This document shows, piece after piece, positions 59,957 through 64,000 of a DNA stretch of 64,000 nucleotides. This stretch comes from a candidate division FCPU426 bacterium (GTDB lineage: Bacteria; Oederibacteriota; JAAXVQ01; JAUVAV01). The notes under the pieces were generated by a model. It was not told where the DNA came from. It did not search any database and worked only from the letters and a program-made list of their open reading frames with translations. A program made the position numbers and the translations under genes. The DNA is taken from the NCBI GenBank assembly GCA_040756875.1, contig JBFLYH010000003.1:128001-192000 (forward strand), read 5' to 3'. The number at the start of each line of letters is the position of its first letter. The first letter of the stretch is position 1.

Positions 59957-60658
59957 TCAGATATTGTCTTTTTTTCTGTTACATTTTCCCTGCGCCCATC
60001 TTTCCCCCACCCACGGATACTCCTCCCGCCGCCGCGCGAAGGCGCGTCGCAGGGCAGGGGTCACGAAGGTTTCCCGCAGCCAAGCCTGCCAGCCATACCT
60101 GCGCTTTTGCTCCACGGCCCGCACCAGCGTGCGGGCAAGCCTGCCGGCGCGCGCATACACTTTCTTTTCCTGCTCAAACCCTTTTTTGTCGCGATGCTTG
60201 GAAATCCCCCAGGCCGACCCCACGGAGCTTCCGCCGCACAGCCAGATTGCCTGGCCCAGGCGCCGCGCGATGCTCCGGGTGCCGAACCAGTGCCCGGCCA
60301 CGCACAGCCCCGCGCCGTACTTGCCGGCCAGGGCCTGGCGGTAATAAAGGAAGGCGTGGCTGCGGTCCATGACCGCTTTGATTTGCGCGGAAACGTCGAA
60401 AGCGTAATTGGGGGTGGCCAGGACCAGGGCGTCGGCCGCGAGGATTTTGGGAAGCAGGGGGAGGTAATCATCCGGCACCGGGCAAGTGCCCTGGCGCATG
60501 CACTGTTCGCAGGCCCGGCAGAACTCCACCCAGCGATCCGCGGCGGTGAAAAGTTCGGTTTCCGCGCCCAGGCGGCGGCATTCCGCGAGAAAGAATTCCA
60601 GCAGGCGGCGGGTGTTGCCTTGCGGCCGGGGCGAGGCGCACAGACCGATGATCTTCAT
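59957..60658 (-). CDS. Flavodoxin-family / iron-sulfur flavoprotein (NADPH-dependent FMN reductase-like)
   Basis: ASPRPQGNT, CRACEQC.....C, LATPNY..VSAQIKAVMDR. Confidence 0.88.
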   Translation of the reverse strand: MKIIGLCASPRPQGNTRRLLEFFLAECRRLGAETELFTAADRWVEFCRACEQCMRQGTCPVPDDYLPLLPKILAADALVLATPNYAFDVSAQIKAVMDRSHAFLYYRQALAGKYGAGLCVAGHWFGTRSIARRLGQAIWLCGGSSVGSAWGISKHRDKKGFEQEKKVYARAGRLARTLVRAVEQKRRYGWQAWLRETFVTPALRRAFARRREEYPWVGERWAQGKCNRKKDNI

Positions 60659-60708
60659 GGCAATCGTCACCTCGCCCGGTTGGACTTTTCGTGGCATCAA
60701 TTGATTGA

Positions 60709-60840
60709 ATTCCCCTCCCCGAGATTAATGGCGGGAGGGGATGAAGGGGAGGGGGTGTCTAGCCTGTGACATCCGGAATAAAATCAGATTGAGGGACCCC
60801 TCACCCTCTCCCTCTCCCCGCTTGCGCGGGGCGAGGAGAA
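60709..60840. repeat. CCCTCCCC/GGGAGGGG palindromic REP-like element
   Basis: TTCCCCTCCCC...GGGAGGGGATGAAGGGGAGGGG...CCCCTCACCCTCTCCCTCTCCCC. Confidence 0.6.
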
Positions 60841-60883
60841 AATAGTATTGGGGTAACCGCGGGATGCGCGGTCATTTCGCTGT

Positions 60884-63271
60884 TCACGCCAGCGGCGATT
60901 CCTCGTGCGCGGCCACCGGCATTTCGTACACCCGGTAGGTTTTGATGCGGCGGCCGCCGTTCTCCGCAATCTCCTGGTTGAGCTGCTGGTTGTCCTCCGG
61001 GACCCACGACAGCTCCCCGTGGGAATAGCCCAGGTGCTTGGCCGCACGGAACGACTCGAAATACAGCAGGGTTTCCAGCCCCCGGCGGCGGAATTCCTTT
61101 TTCACCGCCAGCAGGGCGAAGCGGATGGACTTGATCTTGCGGGAATAAAGGTAGAAGCTCAGCATGTCCGTGATCCCGACCTTGCCGTTGAAGCGCTTGA
61201 GCACCTCGCTGTAATTGGGCAGCAGCAGGGAGAACGCCACGGGCTTGCCCTGGACCTCCACGAAATGGACCAGGTCCGGCTCGATCAGGGGCTTGAGCTT
61301 GGTGCTGAGGTATTTCAGGTCCCCGGTGCCGAGGGAGGTGTAGCCCAGGGCCTCGGCGCCCACGTCGGTCAAAATGTCCATCAAGGCCTGCATCTCGCTG
61401 CGGAAGCGGCTCTTGCGGAAGCGGCGGGTGGTGACGCCCTCTTTTTGGCGCGTGCGCTCGGCCAGGCTGACCAGCCGGTCGGACAAGGAGCTGCGCGCCT
61501 CCAGTTGGAAGGCATAGAGGTCCTTGGCTTTGGCCAGGCCGAATCGCTCGAAAAACCCGGCGTAATAACCGGGATTGTAGGGCATCATGATCGCCGGCGG
61601 ATAATCGAAGCCTTCCACCTGGCAGCCCAGCCCGTCCAGGGGCGAAAACGCCATGGGGCCGCGCATAAGGGTCAGGCCCTTGTCCGCGAGCCAGGCGCGG
61701 GCCGCTCCCAGCAGCGCGGCCGCGGCGCCGTAGTCCTCGTCCACCTCGAAGTAGCCGAAGAAGCCGGTTTTTTCGTTGCGCTCGGTGTTGGCGCGATGGT
61801 CCACGGCCGCCACGATGCGGCCCACCACGTCGCTGCCCCGCCGGGCCAGGAACGCCTGGGCCTCGCCGTGGCGGTAGAAGGCGTTCTTGTCGCGCCGGAA
61901 CAGGATCTCCACCTCGGAAAGCAGGGGCGGAACCCACTGCTTGTCGCGGTGATAGATGGTCCACGGCACCTTGAGGAACTGCTTTTGGGGCGAGGCGTCC
62001 TTCTCGCGGCTCATGAGCGCCTTGGCCCGCGAAGGCACGCGCATGGGCACGCTCACGACCTCGACCGGCGCTCCGGGCGCGTTGGGGCCGATAATGCCGA
62101 GCTCCGTGCCCACGAGCTGGAGTTTTTCCAGGGCGAAGTCCAGCTCCTCGCGCTTGTGGGTGGCGGTGTACGAGGTGCGCACGCAGGCCAGGCCCGGCGG
62201 CACGGCCGGCGAGACCACGGGGTTCACGTACACGCCCTCCTGCTCCAGGCGCTTGGCGAACTGGAAGGTCTTCAAATCGTCGCCGATGATGATGGGGATA
62301 ATGGCCGACTCCGTGGGCCAGGTGCGGAAGCCCAGGGCCTTGACGCGCTCCAGCATGTAGGCCACGTTTTCCCGCAGCTTCACCAGGCGCTCGGGCTCCC
62401 GTTCGAGGATGTTCAGGGCCGCCAGGGTCGCGGCCACGGCGGCCGGGGGCGGCGCGGCCTGGAAAATGAAGGCGCGCGAGTTGTGCTTGAGGAACGAAAT
62501 GACCTTGGCCTCGCCGGCGATGAAGCCGCCCAGGCTGGCGAAGGACTTGGAAAACGTGGCCATGACCAGGTCCACGTCGTCGAGCACGCCCAGTTCCTCG
62601 CAGGTGCCGCGGCCGCGCTTGCCGAGCACGCCGATGCCGTGCGCCTCGTCCACCATCAGGCGGGCGCCGTATTTCTTGGCCAGGGGCACGATGCGCTTGA
62701 GGTCCGCCAGGTCGCCTTCCATGGAAAACACGCCGTCCACCACGATCAGCTTGCCCACGTCCTTGCCTTCCAGGTTCTGCAGGATGCGCTCCAGGTCTTC
62801 CATATCGTTGTGGCGGAACTTCAGCAGCTTCCCGTAGGCCAGCCGGCAGCCGTCCAGGATCGAGGCGTGGTTGGTGCGGTCCGAGATCACCACGTCGCCG
62901 CGCGACACCAGGGTGGAGATGACCCCCTGGTTGGTGGTGAAGCCCGTGGTGAAGACCAGAGCCGCCTCTTTCTGCATGAACTTGGCCAGGCGCTCCTCGA
63001 GCTCCACGTGCAGGTCGATGGTGCCGTTTAAAAAGCGCGAGCCCGTGCAGCCGGTGCCGTATTTTTCCACGGCCGCGACAGCCGCGGCCTTGACCTCGGG
63101 ATGCGTGGTCAGGCCCAGGTAATTGTTCGAACCGATCATGACGGTCTTCTTGCCGTTCATGATGGAGGTGGTGTCCACGGCGGCCTGATTCATCCGGAAA
63201 TACGGATATAAGCCCAGGGCCATGACTTTTTCAGCGTCCTGGTAATCGTAGGCTTTCTTAAAAAGATCCAT
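60884..63271 (-). CDS. spt: Serine palmitoyltransferase-like PLP enzyme fused to a GNAT domain of the bacterial ceramide synthase type
   Basis: N-terminal: YPYF, GSNNYLGLT, GTGCTGSRFLNGT, DEAHG, TFSKSFASLGG. C-terminal: WVPPL, VGRI.A, GFFG.FE, RGP, MMPYNP.YY, ELSWV.EDN. Confidence 0.85.
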   Translation of the reverse strand: MDLFKKAYDYQDAEKVMALGLYPYFRMNQAAVDTTSIMNGKKTVMIGSNNYLGLTTHPEVKAAAVAAVEKYGTGCTGSRFLNGTIDLHVELEERLAKFMQKEAALVFTTGFTTNQGVISTLVSRGDVVISDRTNHASILDGCRLAYGKLLKFRHNDMEDLERILQNLEGKDVGKLIVVDGVFSMEGDLADLKRIVPLAKKYGARLMVDEAHGIGVLGKRGRGTCEELGVLDDVDLVMATFSKSFASLGGFIAGEAKVISFLKHNSRAFIFQAAPPPAAVAATLAALNILEREPERLVKLRENVAYMLERVKALGFRTWPTESAIIPIIIGDDLKTFQFAKRLEQEGVYVNPVVSPAVPPGLACVRTSYTATHKREELDFALEKLQLVGTELGIIGPNAPGAPVEVVSVPMRVPSRAKALMSREKDASPQKQFLKVPWTIYHRDKQWVPPLLSEVEILFRRDKNAFYRHGEAQAFLARRGSDVVGRIVAAVDHRANTERNEKTGFFGYFEVDEDYGAAAALLGAARAWLADKGLTLMRGPMAFSPLDGLGCQVEGFDYPPAIMMPYNPGYYAGFFERFGLAKAKDLYAFQLEARSSLSDRLVSLAERTRQKEGVTTRRFRKSRFRSEMQALMDILTDVGAEALGYTSLGTGDLKYLSTKLKPLIEPDLVHFVEVQGKPVAFSLLLPNYSEVLKRFNGKVGITDMLSFYLYSRKIKSIRFALLAVKKEFRRRGLETLLYFESFRAAKHLGYSHGELSWVPEDNQQLNQEIAENGGRRIKTYRVYEMPVAAHEESPLA

Positions 63272-63314
63272 TCCTAATCACCTCTGTCAACAGCAACATT
63301 CTCAAACGAGGGCG

Positions 63315-63343
63315 ATTGTAGAAGGTTCGCCCGGCCTTGTCAA
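63315..63343 (-). promoter_or_regulatory. Sigma70 promoter for the spt fusion gene
   Basis: TTGACA-N17-TACAAT. Confidence 0.65.
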
Positions 63344-63478
63344 TCCCTTCGCAAAATATACATATAGGATTGCAGGATTGGTATGCGAAGAGAGGGAGCC
63401 CCCACCGGATCTATATGTACTTTCGGCGCCGGGGGATTTCCTGCGGTCGCCCAGATCATCGGTCCCATTTAGGGAACT

Positions 63479-64000
63479 TTAGGCCGGGGGAGCGCTCCGC
63501 TGCCCTTGCCCCGGCTGGCCCTCTGGCCGCGGTTCCTGCTCCAGGAAATTTTCGATCTGCCGCTCTTCTTCCTGCATGTGCCGCTGCTCGAATTCTTTTT
63601 GCGTAAAGCAGTTTTTCTCGAGCATGAGCTGGGTCAGGGCAATGATCCGGTTGTCCAGGTGGCGCACCACGTCCAGCACCGGGTCAGGCAGCTGGTTGTG
63701 GTCCAGGGGCGAAGGCGGCCGCTCGCCCGAGGGCAGGCGCACGACCTTGCCGGGATTTCCGACCACCGTGCAGCCGGCCGGCACGTCGCGCACCACCACG
63801 GCCATGGCGCCGATCTTGGCGCCCCGGCCGACGGTCAGCGCGCCGAGCACCTTGGCCCCCACGCCGATGACCACGTCCGGCTCGATGGTGGGATGGCGCT
63901 TGACCTTTTGCAGGGAGGTGCCGCCCAGGGTCACGCCCTGGTAGAGGAGCACGTTGTCCCCCACCTCGGCCGTCTCGCCGATGACCACGCCCTGGCCGTG
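63479..64000 (-). CDS. cysE: Serine O-acetyltransferase, C-terminal part
   Basis: [39 protein letters not shown]. Confidence 0.93.
   Translation of the reverse strand, partial: HGQGVVIGETAEVGDNVLLYQGVTLGGTSLQKVKRHPTIEPDVVIGVGAKVLGALTVGRGAKIGAMAVVVRDVPAGCTVVGNPGKVVRLPSGERPPSPLDHNQLPDPVLDVVRHLDNRIIALTQLMLEKNCFTQKEFEQRHMQEEERQIENFLEQEPRPEGQPGQGQRSAPPA

Noticed and set aside
60884-63271. Second bioF or kbl
   Set aside because: bioF is already in the bio operon; the motifs and fused GNAT domain fit Spt better, though Kbl is not formally excluded

Overview
GC-rich bacterial chromosome segment from a probably diderm lineage with T9SS-like cargo; the taxon cannot be determined from sequence alone. 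Left end: biotin operon (bioB-A-F-G-C-D), an ADP-ribosylglycohydrolase, yqeK and a sugar ABC transporter. About 11-28 kb: two pairs of a secreted protein with a T9SS-like C-terminal domain plus a PorV-like barrel. One cargo is a 3125-aa protein with a ~1400-aa Thr/Pro decapeptide stalk, downstream of a MerR-ComFB pair. About 30.7-40 kb: a defence/TA island. Its AT-rich core is a complete two-reverse-transcriptase DRT3-type antiphage locus (drt3a, drt3b) followed by a structured ncRNA candidate with an ACACAC loop. The island also has a HEPN/Abi-like neighbour, an XRE regulator, a truncated BrnT, a Fic gene and a RelE/HigA-type pair. Further right: more CTD-tagged secreted proteins, a DUF4388 signalling module and the housekeeping run rplU-rpmA-obg-proB-proA-nadD. 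Near the right end are a serine palmitoyltransferase fused to a ceramide-synthase-like GNAT domain and a partial cysE. A family of ACGAAG/CTTCGT palindromic intergenic repeats occurs at 8 sites. All family assignments come from motif recognition by eye; no database searches were run.
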